Below, piece after piece: positions 38,868 to 47,819 of a stretch of 64,000 nt of DNA. The stretch covers positions 19,484 to 83,483 of the forward strand of contig JAEHCM010000006.1 in assembly GCA_020696365.1 (NCBI GenBank). Reading direction: 5' to 3'. Below the pieces are notes generated by a model. That model was not told the DNA's origin. It saw nothing but the letters and a program-made list of their open reading frames with translations, and did not search any database. The position numbers were made by a program, and so were the translations under genes. The DNA is from Thermoplasmata archaeon (GTDB taxonomy: Archaea; Thermoplasmatota; Thermoplasmata; UBA10834). Position 1 is the stretch's first letter. Each line of letters starts with the position of its first letter.

Positions 38868-39838
38868 AGTCCTCCGCCTCCTCTAGACTTTCCGGAAGTG
38901 GTTCTGACGCTCTTCAGACGTTTGTCAGTCGCTACTTGCTGTTGACTCAAGTCATCTGGCGGTGGCGGGAGGTCTTCTTCGCTCGGCTGCTGCTTCGAAG
39001 GTTCAGACTTCACCACCTCGTGCTTCTCTCCCGCCTCGGGATCGTTCTTGGCCGATGCGCCCTTCTTACTGCGTCCCTTGTCAGCGGACGGGACCACGAT
39101 CCCCGTTGATGTGATCTTAAGATGCCTCATCCGGGAGTCGTGCGAGGACCCCCTGTACTTGTCTATGGTCACGCCTCTCATCAGGCCTCTGCCATCGAAC
39201 CACTTGTGAAGCCGTATCTCGCCCCTCGCCAACTGTGACTCGAGCCCCGGCCTGTGGACTTCCGGTATGTCGACGGAAAGCACGGTCGTCGCACCAAGAT
39301 CTGACAGCATGCGGAAGAACGACTGTAGCGTGGCGAACTCCTCGCTCGTTCTGATGTAGAAATACTTCAACGACGTAAGCGAATCAATCGCGACCCGTGA
39401 ATATTTCCTCTGTTTGAACTCTTGCTTGATCAGCTCTTGGATGGTGCTTATCGTTACGTCGGTCGGACCCTTCTCCGATGTCCTCCTGATTGCGTCCCCG
39501 ACCGATTCGAGGGAGACGACAGTTCTCTCGCTGGACACGTCGCGCACCGGCGTCTTGTCGTAGCTCAGAATATCGGGAGTCCCATCAAGGACTCCTATCC
39601 CGTCCAAGTCCCACCCGAACTTGGAGTAGTTGTATCTGACCTCGTTCGGAGGTTCGTCGACGGCCACATAAAGAACCCTTTCCCCGTTCATGGCGCCTTC
39701 CCTCAGGAAGTGCATGGCGAGCGTGGTCTTACCTGTCCCGGTTGTGCCGGAGACAACGTAAGGCCTCCCCGTGAGTAGGCCGCCCTCTAGCATCTCATCG
39801 AGTCCTTCGATGCCGGTCTTCGCCCTGTCGCGAATCAT
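38864..39838 (-). CDS. Single-domain KaiC/RAD55-family ATPase
   Basis: TGIEGLDEML, GTTGTGKTT, VAIDSL, DKYRGSSH; low-complexity C-terminal tail. Confidence 0.88.
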   Translation of the reverse strand: MIRDRAKTGIEGLDEMLEGGLLTGRPYVVSGTTGTGKTTLAMHFLREGAMNGERVLYVAVDEPPNEVRYNYSKFGWDLDGIGVLDGTPDILSYDKTPVRDVSSERTVVSLESVGDAIRRTSEKGPTDVTISTIQELIKQEFKQRKYSRVAIDSLTSLKYFYIRTSEEFATLQSFFRMLSDLGATTVLSVDIPEVHRPGLESQLARGEIRLHKWFDGRGLMRGVTIDKYRGSSHDSRMRHLKITSTGIVVPSADKGRSKKGASAKNDPEAGEKHEVVKSEPSKQQPSEEDLPPPPDDLSQQQVATDKRLKSVRTTSGKSRGGGGL

Positions 39839-40040
39839 CTGAAGCCTCTGTCCGATTCAAACAAACTCTGTCGCCATCATAATTTAACTCGTGCATGGAT
39901 ATACTTTTCTCTCTGACTTGCTAGCCGCGAGAAGGTTTGAGAACGGCCATGCCAGCACATAGCGTTTGGCAAGCCATCGGGCAAGGCAGCTAACAAGCTT
40001 ATTATATCTGCAACCTTTTCCTTCAGAAGAGAAGAGTAGA

Positions 40041-41687
40041 ATGCCAGTAATCAACTTCAGCTACTCAGACCTGTGCAAGCTCCTCGAAAGGGAAGTTCCG
40101 ATCGATACGCTCCGCACTCGTCTGCCTATGATCGGGGCGGACCTGAATGTGGCGGACGAAAACGTCGATGAAATGTCCTTCGAGTTCTTCCCCGACCGGC
40201 CGGACCTGTACTCCGTGGAGGGTATCGCCCGAGCGCTCAGGTCGTTCCTCGGAGATGGCGGCGACCGGAGAGAGTACCACGCTAACCCTTCCGAGGTGAC
40301 CATCGAGGTCGACTCATCCGTTGACGATGTCAGACCGTTCATATGGTCTGCAATCGTAGAGGACCTGACCATCGACGACCCGCTGATCCGCTCGATGATG
40401 GACCTGCAGGAGAAGCTTCATCTCACGCTCGGTCGGAACCGGAGGAAGGTGGCGATCGGAATCCACGACATGTCCTCCGTGGAATCGCCGTTCACTTACA
40501 AAGCGGTCCTGCCTGACGAGCTCTCTTTCCAGCCTCTTCAGGGAGCGAGAGAGATGACCCCCAGGGAGATCCTCTCGGACCACGAGAAGGGCAAGGCATA
40601 CGCGTTCGTCCTCGAGGGGAAGGAGCGCTACCCGGTCATCGTAGACAAGAACGGGACGGTGTTGTCGATGCCACCGATAATCAACGGCATCGCGACCGAG
40701 GTGACTGAGCGTACGGAGGCCGTCCTGGTGGATTGCACGGGGACGGACATCAACGCTCTGAAGTACGCTGTGAACATACTCGTAACGGCCCTCGCCGACC
40801 GTGGAGGGAAGATACGAACAGTCACGATCAATCAGGGGGGAGAGTCGTTCACCGCCCCTGACCTCGCCCCGAGGGAGGTCGACCTTGATGTCGCCTATAC
40901 GAACGGATGGCTTGGAACGAGCCTTTCCGGGAAGGACATGGCGCAATGCCTCGCAAAGGTAGGGTACAGCGTAACCAGCCAAGGGGAGACGCTGAAAGTC
41001 GGGATCCCACCGTTCAGAGCTGACATCCTGCACTCCGTCGACCTGGCAGAGGACGTCGCAATCGGTTTTGGATACGAGAGGTTCGGGGACACATACCCTC
41101 ACGAAGTCACATTCGGGGTCGAGGACCCACTCGTGGCCTTCGCAGACAGGACTCGCCCGGTCATGATCGGCTTGGGGTTCTTCGAGGTAGCCACGCTGTC
41201 ACTGTCTAACCCGAAGGAGCAGTTCACCGCGATGAACTTGCCCCCCGACAGCAAGGCGTTGAGGATAAGGAACCCAGTGACGGAGGCGCACACGCTAGTA
41301 CGCACCTCGTTGATTCCCAGCCTCATGACGATACTCCGGAAGAACAAGCACAGGGAGCTCCCTCAGAAGATATTTGAGATAGGAGACGTGGTCCGTGGAA
41401 CCAAGAACCGGAAGCTCCTCGCGGGGGCAGTCATACACGCAAGAGCGGGGTTCACAGAGGGCAAGTCTGTGGTTCTTTCGATAGCCTCAGGTGTGGGGTT
41501 CTCGCCGGATATCTCCGCGGTCGACCATCCTGCTTTTGTAGGCGGCAGATGCGCCGAGGTCCGATCCGATGACTCGATGATAGGGCTGTTCGGAGAGGTC
41601 CATCCGTCCACCATCGACGCGTTCGAGCTGAAATATCCGGTGGTTGCATTCGAGATCGACCTCCAACGGCTCCGCGGCGTTCTCTAG
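40041..41687 (+). CDS. pheT: Phenylalanine-tRNA ligase beta subunit (archaeal type)
   Basis: DRPDLYSVEG, QEKLH, DILHSVDLAED, IRNP...RTSLIPSL, FGEVHP. Confidence 0.95.
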   Translation: MPVINFSYSDLCKLLEREVPIDTLRTRLPMIGADLNVADENVDEMSFEFFPDRPDLYSVEGIARALRSFLGDGGDRREYHANPSEVTIEVDSSVDDVRPFIWSAIVEDLTIDDPLIRSMMDLQEKLHLTLGRNRRKVAIGIHDMSSVESPFTYKAVLPDELSFQPLQGAREMTPREILSDHEKGKAYAFVLEGKERYPVIVDKNGTVLSMPPIINGIATEVTERTEAVLVDCTGTDINALKYAVNILVTALADRGGKIRTVTINQGGESFTAPDLAPREVDLDVAYTNGWLGTSLSGKDMAQCLAKVGYSVTSQGETLKVGIPPFRADILHSVDLAEDVAIGFGYERFGDTYPHEVTFGVEDPLVAFADRTRPVMIGLGFFEVATLSLSNPKEQFTAMNLPPDSKALRIRNPVTEAHTLVRTSLIPSLMTILRKNKHRELPQKIFEIGDVVRGTKNRKLLAGAVIHARAGFTEGKSVVLSIASGVGFSPDISAVDHPAFVGGRCAEVRSDDSMIGLFGEVHPSTIDAFELKYPVVAFEIDLQRLRGVL

Positions 41688-41748
41688 GTGAATCGGAGAA
41701 TACAATTAAGGACCAGATGCGTCAATCGGGCATCTGACGACCGAGGAT

Positions 41749-41838
41749 GCTGAGGTAGCTAAGCCCGGTTTAAGGCGCCAGCCTTGAGAGCTGGTGGTAC
41801 TTCGTACCACGGGAGTTCAAATCTCCCCCTCAGCGCCA
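41749..41838 (+). tRNA. tRNA-Ser(TGA)
   Basis: GCTGAGG/CCTCAGC stem, anticodon arm CCAGC-CTTGAGA-GCTGG, long variable arm, encoded CCA. Confidence 0.95.
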
Positions 41839-41951
41839 TCCAGGGCGGATCGCGGGCGAGTGGCGCGCAGAAAATGCGACATTTCGTAAACATTTATGTT
41901 CGGTCACGCGCATGTATAGTCCCGTATCGGGCGAAAATGGGATGGGACCCT

Positions 41952-42242
41952 ATGTGCAAGTACAGTTATCTCAGCGGAGCGTGTGCTAACCGGCGAGTGA
42001 GCAGCCTGCAATGCGTCGGGGAGGACGAGTGTGAGTTCTCGAACATGAACATACTGGAACTCCCATCTGGGAAGGACGCCGCAGACAATAACGGAGCGGG
42101 CAAATGGCTAGGGCTGTACTGTGAAACTCACGGGACGTTCCTCTGCAAGGAGGGGGCTGATTGCGCTACCCCTCCCGCGAGAGCTGAGAGACCAGCCACG
42201 CACTTGCAGCATAGACTCGACGAGAAGACCGGGGGCTGGTAG
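41952..42242 (+). CDS. Small Cys/His-rich protein 1
   Basis: CKYSYLSGAC...C...C...YCETHGTFLC...C. Confidence 0.6.
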   Translation: MCKYSYLSGACANRRVSSLQCVGEDECEFSNMNILELPSGKDAADNNGAGKWLGLYCETHGTFLCKEGADCATPPARAERPATHLQHRLDEKTGGW

Positions 42243-42243
42243 G

Positions 42244-42471
42244 ATGCTGTGCAGGTTCCTGTCCTCCGACGGCATCTGCGCCGGGAAGTACGAAGGCTAT
42301 GCGTGCATACGTTCTAATTGTTCGTACTGGGTGGAGGCTCACAGCTGCGAGCATCATGACAGCACGGGAGACTACTGCGATAAACACGCACGCTTCGGAT
42401 GCGTCGGGAAGGAATCATGTCATACACTCTCCGAATATCTTCAGGCGGCGTCCGAGGCGGAGACTGCCTGA
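42244..42471 (+). CDS. Small Cys/His-rich protein 2
   Basis: CRFLSSDGIC...C...C...YCDKHARFGC...C; starts 1 nt after the previous stop. Confidence 0.65.
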   Translation: MLCRFLSSDGICAGKYEGYACIRSNCSYWVEAHSCEHHDSTGDYCDKHARFGCVGKESCHTLSEYLQAASEAETA

Positions 42472-42477
42472 GACCCA

Positions 42478-43458
42478 TCAGCGTGTAGCGTACAACTCAG
42501 GCCTCATCCTCGGTATCAGCGCCATCAACACGGCCAATTCTGTGAGTGAAGTCCGGTTGATCAGACCGGCGGACAGGTAGCCTACTGAGCCGCTCTTGTG
42601 TCCGATACCCTCTATCCCGGTCATACCGCTCATGATATCGCCCACGGCGTGGCCACTCAGCGCTGCCTTGGTCACCTCAGGAGGGTACTCGAATCCAGGT
42701 CCGTGGCCGTACGTCGACAACCCGGACGCATCTACGATGGCACAGTATTGAACATCAAAATATTTCCCAAGACGGCCCACGTGGAACAGCCCCGCCTCGA
42801 CACCCACCCCGTATTCGGCACCGGACCGCTCGAGTGCGATTTGCGCCCTTCTGATCGCGCCCTCAATGGTATTGTCACCTACAGGCTCCCCCGAGACGAT
42901 CTCATCGGCAGCCACCTCGACAATCTCCACATATCCGAACACCTGTGTGAAGACGTTCCTTACCGCTTCGACCTTGATCCTGTTGCCGGTGGCGACCGCG
43001 ATCCTGGCAGGGCGCAGCAAGTGCCCGTCCTTGTCGATATCTCCCTTGAGGACCCTAGATGAGCTGATCTTGACCCGGTCGTCTCCTCTGACCGCCCTTA
43101 TGCGATGGATCTCCAGAGGATTCAGGCCATTGGACCTTCGCCGCTCGTTTATCTCCTCCGCCATGTCCACTGTCTCGGGGGAGACGACCAAGGCGCCAAG
43201 TGTCTCAGAGGACGCGGCCGTCCCCATCGAGTCCGAGATAGCGACGATTTCGAACGGTTTCCCGTATCGTTGGAGGAACCGGGACAGGTGCGCCCGCCTC
43301 TCCTCATAGATTCTGACGGGGACAGGCCGGGTCCTCTCGGCAAAGTCGTCGGACGTCAGGCCGACCTCCACAGAATCACCGAGGGTGAACGCAGTCTCGA
43401 ACAACAGTTCGTGTCCCGCATGGATGACATTGAACGTTCCGCCAATGCCTACTCTCAT
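42478..43458 (-). CDS. coaD: Bifunctional phosphopantetheine adenylyltransferase / non-canonical purine NTP phosphatase (YjjX-like)
   Basis: GGTFNVIHAGH, VVSPET, KISSS; then ATGNRIKVEAV, GVEAG. Confidence 0.9.
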   Translation of the reverse strand: MRVGIGGTFNVIHAGHELLFETAFTLGDSVEVGLTSDDFAERTRPVPVRIYEERRAHLSRFLQRYGKPFEIVAISDSMGTAASSETLGALVVSPETVDMAEEINERRRSNGLNPLEIHRIRAVRGDDRVKISSSRVLKGDIDKDGHLLRPARIAVATGNRIKVEAVRNVFTQVFGYVEIVEVAADEIVSGEPVGDNTIEGAIRRAQIALERSGAEYGVGVEAGLFHVGRLGKYFDVQYCAIVDASGLSTYGHGPGFEYPPEVTKAALSGHAVGDIMSGMTGIEGIGHKSGSVGYLSAGLINRTSLTELAVLMALIPRMRPELYATR

Positions 43459-43461
43459 CTA

Positions 43462-43659
43462 CTACCCCAAGAAAGTGAGCGAGATCGCCAATATCATGAT
43501 AATGACCATGATTATGTAGAAGAATGTCAGCTGCCTCTTCTTGGACCCCATCTTGCCCTTCCACTCAGTCTCGCACTCCTCATCGCAGAAGTCCTGCTTG
43601 ATGGGAACGGCACGCTCGCAACTCCTGCAGTGTTTGTGCTGTGCAACCCGTTCGACCAA
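43462..43659 (-). CDS. DUF2116-like Zn-ribbon membrane protein
   Basis: HKHCRSC...FCDEEC plus a C-terminal TM segment. Confidence 0.8.
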   Translation of the reverse strand: MVERVAQHKHCRSCERAVPIKQDFCDEECETEWKGKMGSKKRQLTFFYIIMVIIMILAISLTFLG

Positions 43660-43725
43660 CTACTCACCTTGACCAGCATCGACTCACGGTCATTTAGCGT
43701 TTCCCTGTTGCTCGGCACCCTTCGC

Positions 43726-44652
43726 CTAGCTCTCGACCCGGACGCCCGCGCAACCTACGCTGACCACGATTGGCTCCCCTCCAGCGCGCGAGATAGCTCC
43801 TGAGGTCTTCTCGGGATGATCGGTCAGTGCGATCATGCTCCCCCCTCCGCCTGCGCCTGTTAGTTTGGCCCCGTAGGCCGATTCCTCGCATGCGTCGACC
43901 AGCTTGTCCAGAGCAGGATGGCCTACCCCCAGATCGTTCAGCAACCCATGGTTCTCGAGCATGAGCCTACCCAAAGTGGGCTTGTCCGCCCTTCGGACCG
44001 CATCCACCCCTTCGAGAACGATATCTCCGATCCGGTCCACGTCTCTTCGGCGGTCCTTGTTTGTGTCTAGAAGAATCCTGACTCCGTCCACAAGGGGGCC
44101 TGTCGCCGCACGCACCCCGGTGTATCCGACAACGAACGTCATATCAGGAATCTCGCAGTGATGCATGTTCCAGACTCGTTCGCCTTTCGAGATCCTCCAA
44201 AGAAAACCGTCTCCCTGTTCAGGGGATACGAGGACTCCGTGCCCATGAACCGACGTCGATGTGTCAGTCGGGCTCGCGCCCTTCTGCACCTTGAACTCCA
44301 CCTCGAACGATTTCTTAGCTAGCGTCGCCAAGTCAAACGTACCTTTCTCAGCCAGCATCGCCCCCACGCTCGACACCGTCACAGCAGCGGACGAACCAAG
44401 GCCCGAGCCCGAAGGTATGGATGACTTCGTGGATATCCTCACGGGAGGGCCGTTCCAGGCCTCGTCGAGGGCAGCGGAAATGTAGGAATGATGTTTCGGC
44501 CGCATGGGATGTCCGTTGACCGCGAACTGGTCGGACACGCTCACGCTTGCCCTTACCCGGAGGTCGATCGCGAGTGCCAGCGCAGGCTTCCCGAACACGA
44601 CCGCGTGCTCCCCGAATAGGATGATCTTACCAGGAGCGGAACAGACTGCCAT
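43726..44652 (-). CDS. mvk: Mevalonate kinase
   Basis: SAPGKIILFGEHAVVFG, PSGSGLGSSAA, KLTGAGGGG. Confidence 0.92.
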   Translation of the reverse strand: MAVCSAPGKIILFGEHAVVFGKPALALAIDLRVRASVSVSDQFAVNGHPMRPKHHSYISAALDEAWNGPPVRISTKSSIPSGSGLGSSAAVTVSSVGAMLAEKGTFDLATLAKKSFEVEFKVQKGASPTDTSTSVHGHGVLVSPEQGDGFLWRISKGERVWNMHHCEIPDMTFVVGYTGVRAATGPLVDGVRILLDTNKDRRRDVDRIGDIVLEGVDAVRRADKPTLGRLMLENHGLLNDLGVGHPALDKLVDACEESAYGAKLTGAGGGGSMIALTDHPEKTSGAISRAGGEPIVVSVGCAGVRVES

Positions 44653-44804
44653 CGGGTCCTCCACGAACTAATGCGGATATATCCTTTTTGTCTACCGCTT
44701 GGAACCCAGGTGGAAAGACATATGCCGAAATGCCAGCTCGCTCAGTCCCGCAACAATAATTAGTCACGAGCGAGTTGATGTGTACCGATAAACGGGTTGG
44801 TCAC

Positions 44805-46085
44805 ATGGAGCGGACATCGAGGATTGAAGGATTCTACAAGATGCCTATGGAAGAGCGTCTTAGGATCGTCAGAGACTTCGGCCAGCTTACGGATGATGAG
44901 ACGCTAGCGCTATCTGGCCTCGGTGGAATAGATCCTGCCGTGCCGGACAGGATGATCGAGAATGCAATAGGCTCATTCCCGCTGCCCCTCGGAGTCGCAG
45001 TGAATTTCAAGATCAACGACAAGGAGTATCTTGTCCCGATGGCAATCGAGGAACCTTCCGTCATCGCTGCGGCGTCGAACGCTGCCAAGATGGCACTTCC
45101 GGGCGGCGGATTCGCCACGACGAGCACGCCACCCATCATGATAGGTCAGGTCCAGCTGACGGGACTGAAAGACCCGCACAGCTCCAAGACGCTGATCCTC
45201 CACAGGAAGAAGGAAATCCTGCAGTACGCGAACGAGCAAGACCCTATGCTGGTAAGCGTGGGAGGTGGAGCGAGAGACATCGAGGTGAGAGTGATCGACA
45301 CCCGAACCGGCCCGCAGGTTGTCGTTCATCTCATGGTGGACGTACGAGACGCGATGGGGGCCAACGCGGTCAATACGATGGCAGAAGCGATCGCTCCGAA
45401 GCTCGAGGACATGACCGGCGGACGCGTGTACCTAAGAATACTGTCCAATCTGGCCGTGCACCGACTTGCCCGCGCGCGTGCGCTCTGGAAGAAGGAAGCG
45501 ATCGGCGGAGAGGAAGTCGTGGACGGAATCATGGAAGCATACTCCTTTGCTGAAGCCGACCCATTCAGATGCACGACCCACAACAAAGGCATCATGAACG
45601 GAATCGACGCCGTAATCCTTGCGACGGGGAACGACACGAGGGCGATCGAGGCGGGAGCCCACGCCTACGCAGCGCTTCGGGGAGAGTACAAACCGCTCAC
45701 CAAGTTCGAGAAGACCACGGACGGCGACCTGGCAGGAACGATCGAGCTGCCCATGGCGGTTGGCCTGATTGGCGGAGCTACGAAGACTCATCCGACTGCG
45801 AGGGCGTGCATAAAGCTCCTAGGGGTCAAGAGCGGCTCCGAGCTTGGCGAGGTCGCCGCGGCCGTGGGCCTTGCTCAGAACTTCGCCGCTCTAAGGGCAC
45901 TAGCCACGGTAGGCATCCAGAAGGGACACATGTCCCTCCATGCGAGAAACATCGTCGCCAGCGTTGGCTGTCCTCCGGAACTCGCAGAGGAGGCCGTGAG
46001 GATCTTGATCTCCGAGAAGAAGATCAGGATGGACAGAGCTGCAGAGGTCGTGGAAGACCTGAAGAACCGCGGAAAACAAGGCTAG
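44805..46085 (+). CDS. mvaA: Class II HMG-CoA reductase
   Basis: MIENAIG, EEPSVIAA, DAMGANAVN, THNKGIMNG, GIQKGHMSLH. Confidence 0.95.
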   Translation: MERTSRIEGFYKMPMEERLRIVRDFGQLTDDETLALSGLGGIDPAVPDRMIENAIGSFPLPLGVAVNFKINDKEYLVPMAIEEPSVIAAASNAAKMALPGGGFATTSTPPIMIGQVQLTGLKDPHSSKTLILHRKKEILQYANEQDPMLVSVGGGARDIEVRVIDTRTGPQVVVHLMVDVRDAMGANAVNTMAEAIAPKLEDMTGGRVYLRILSNLAVHRLARARALWKKEAIGGEEVVDGIMEAYSFAEADPFRCTTHNKGIMNGIDAVILATGNDTRAIEAGAHAYAALRGEYKPLTKFEKTTDGDLAGTIELPMAVGLIGGATKTHPTARACIKLLGVKSGSELGEVAAAVGLAQNFAALRALATVGIQKGHMSLHARNIVASVGCPPELAEEAVRILISEKKIRMDRAAEVVEDLKNRGKQG

Positions 46086-46178
46086 CACGGGAAAGATATA
46101 TGCCGGCACCGAGGATAACATCTGTTTGTGGCAGTACCCACACATGGTGACCTGATAGGCCTGCTAGAGGTGTGAACC

Positions 46179-46754
46179 GTGAAACGTCTCATAGTAGTGG
46201 ACGGTCTCGATGGATGCGGCAAGGACACACACGCTGAACGTATACAGCGTGAACTCGCATCGAGGCACGAGGAGGTCACCATGATGAGGCATCCCTCCCA
46301 GAGGTTGTTTGGTAGGATGTCCAAGAGAGCGCTGCTCAAATCCGGACCCGTCGCTGTGGCTTTCGCGACCGTTTTCTACACAGCGGACGTCCTTGCCTCA
46401 GTCCGTAAGTTCAACCGCCGAAAGGTAGGCACCTTCATCTTCGTCAGATACCTCCTGGGAACGGCATATCTCCCCAGGAGACTCGCTCACCCCGCCTATT
46501 CCTTCTTCAAGGGACTGCTCCCTTTTCCGGACCTCGCCATCTTCATCGACATCGACCCGTCCGTCGCGTTGCGGAGAATCGAGCTCAGAGACCAGAAGAG
46601 GGAGATCTTCGAGACGCAGGAGAAGCTGTCCAGGGCGAGGGAGGTCGCTCGCACGCTAGTAGACGACGAATGGGTAACGATCGACAACAGCAAGGACGGT
46701 GAGGAACCATTCGCAGAGGCAAGACGCATACTCATCGAGAAAGGTATCCTCTGA
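46179..46754 (+). CDS. tmk: Thymidylate kinase family protein
   Basis: DGLDGCGKDT P-loop, VRY. Confidence 0.8.
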   Translation: MKRLIVVDGLDGCGKDTHAERIQRELASRHEEVTMMRHPSQRLFGRMSKRALLKSGPVAVAFATVFYTADVLASVRKFNRRKVGTFIFVRYLLGTAYLPRRLAHPAYSFFKGLLPFPDLAIFIDIDPSVALRRIELRDQKREIFETQEKLSRAREVARTLVDDEWVTIDNSKDGEEPFAEARRILIEKGIL

Positions 46755-46768
46755 GAATCCGCACGCCG

Positions 46769-47698
46769 TCAAGGAGGATTCTTGGACCTGAAGACCTGCT
46801 CGCGCTCCGACAGCTTACACGACTCGCAATCCTTTTCGCAAGGCTCGACATGTACAACAATCGTGCTTCCAGGGAGCGCTTCTCTAATCTCACCCTCCAA
46901 CCTCTCGATGAGGCTGTGACTATCGATGACGGTCATACTGCGAGGAACGGTCACATGTAGGTCTACCTGGCGCTCGGCCCCCACCTTCCTCGTTCTGAGT
47001 CTGTGATAGTCGACGAAATGGACCTCGTGCCGCTTCACGACGGCCTCGAGCACCCGCACCTCATGCTCTGGAAGGCTTCTGTCGAGAAGGCCATCGCAGG
47101 ACCGCTTGGTTATGTCGAAAGCTGCTCGGATGATCAAAGCGGCCACTATCATGGCGACGACGGGGTCGACGATCTGCCATCCTGTCACCAGAATGACCCC
47201 GAGCGCTACAAAGACTCCCGCAGATGTCCAGACGTCGGTCATGAGATGATAGGCATCAGCCTCCAGAGCGAGCGACTCGGTCTCCTTCGCCACCCTGAAG
47301 AGCTTCCTGGAAACGACGATGTTGACACCCGCAGATATCCCCATCACGAGCATTCCCGCGCCGAGCATCTCCACCTCAGTGACATCGAACAATCTCTTGC
47401 TGGCCTCATACACTATCATGGCTGCGGCCAGGAATATCAGCGTACCTTCGATGAAACCCGAGAGGTTCTCGTATTTACCGTGACCGTAGGTGTGGTCCTT
47501 GTCGGCGGGCTCCGCCGACCGTTTCACGGAGTACCTCGCGACCAAAGCCGCCACAAGATCAATGCCCGAATGGATTGCCTCGGAGAGTACACTGACTGAG
47601 CCCATCATAAGCCCCACGACGAGCTTCAACGCCACGAGAAAGCTGTTCGACCAAACGGACAGACCTGCAACCGCGATCTTCTTCTCGGCTGGCTCCAT
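46769..47698 (-). CDS. Cation diffusion facilitator transporter
   Basis: SEAIHSGID, YGHGKYE, DAYHLMTD, HVEP. Confidence 0.93.
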   Translation of the reverse strand: MEPAEKKIAVAGLSVWSNSFLVALKLVVGLMMGSVSVLSEAIHSGIDLVAALVARYSVKRSAEPADKDHTYGHGKYENLSGFIEGTLIFLAAAMIVYEASKRLFDVTEVEMLGAGMLVMGISAGVNIVVSRKLFRVAKETESLALEADAYHLMTDVWTSAGVFVALGVILVTGWQIVDPVVAMIVAALIIRAAFDITKRSCDGLLDRSLPEHEVRVLEAVVKRHEVHFVDYHRLRTRKVGAERQVDLHVTVPRSMTVIDSHSLIERLEGEIREALPGSTIVVHVEPCEKDCESCKLSEREQVFRSKNPP

Positions 47699-47819
47699 CT
47701 GATATTCGATGAAGACGCATGTACTTAGGTTTTGTCGAGTAAACAGAGTTTTACAGGTTATCCGAAACAGTTATGTCGGGATAGAGGAATAATGCGCCGG
47801 CCCGATGAGAGGCACCCCC

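Noticed and set aside
41829-42526. 11-bp match TCAGCGCCATC between the tRNA-Ser 3' end and about 42516, as a possible second att pair around the Cys-rich genes
   Set aside because: Short, lies inside the coaD coding sequence, and no integrase is associated; probably chance.
42478-43458. PPAT fused to a YjjX-like NTPase
   Set aside because: As I recall, this fusion is already known from Thermoplasmata, so it is annotated but not treated as novel.
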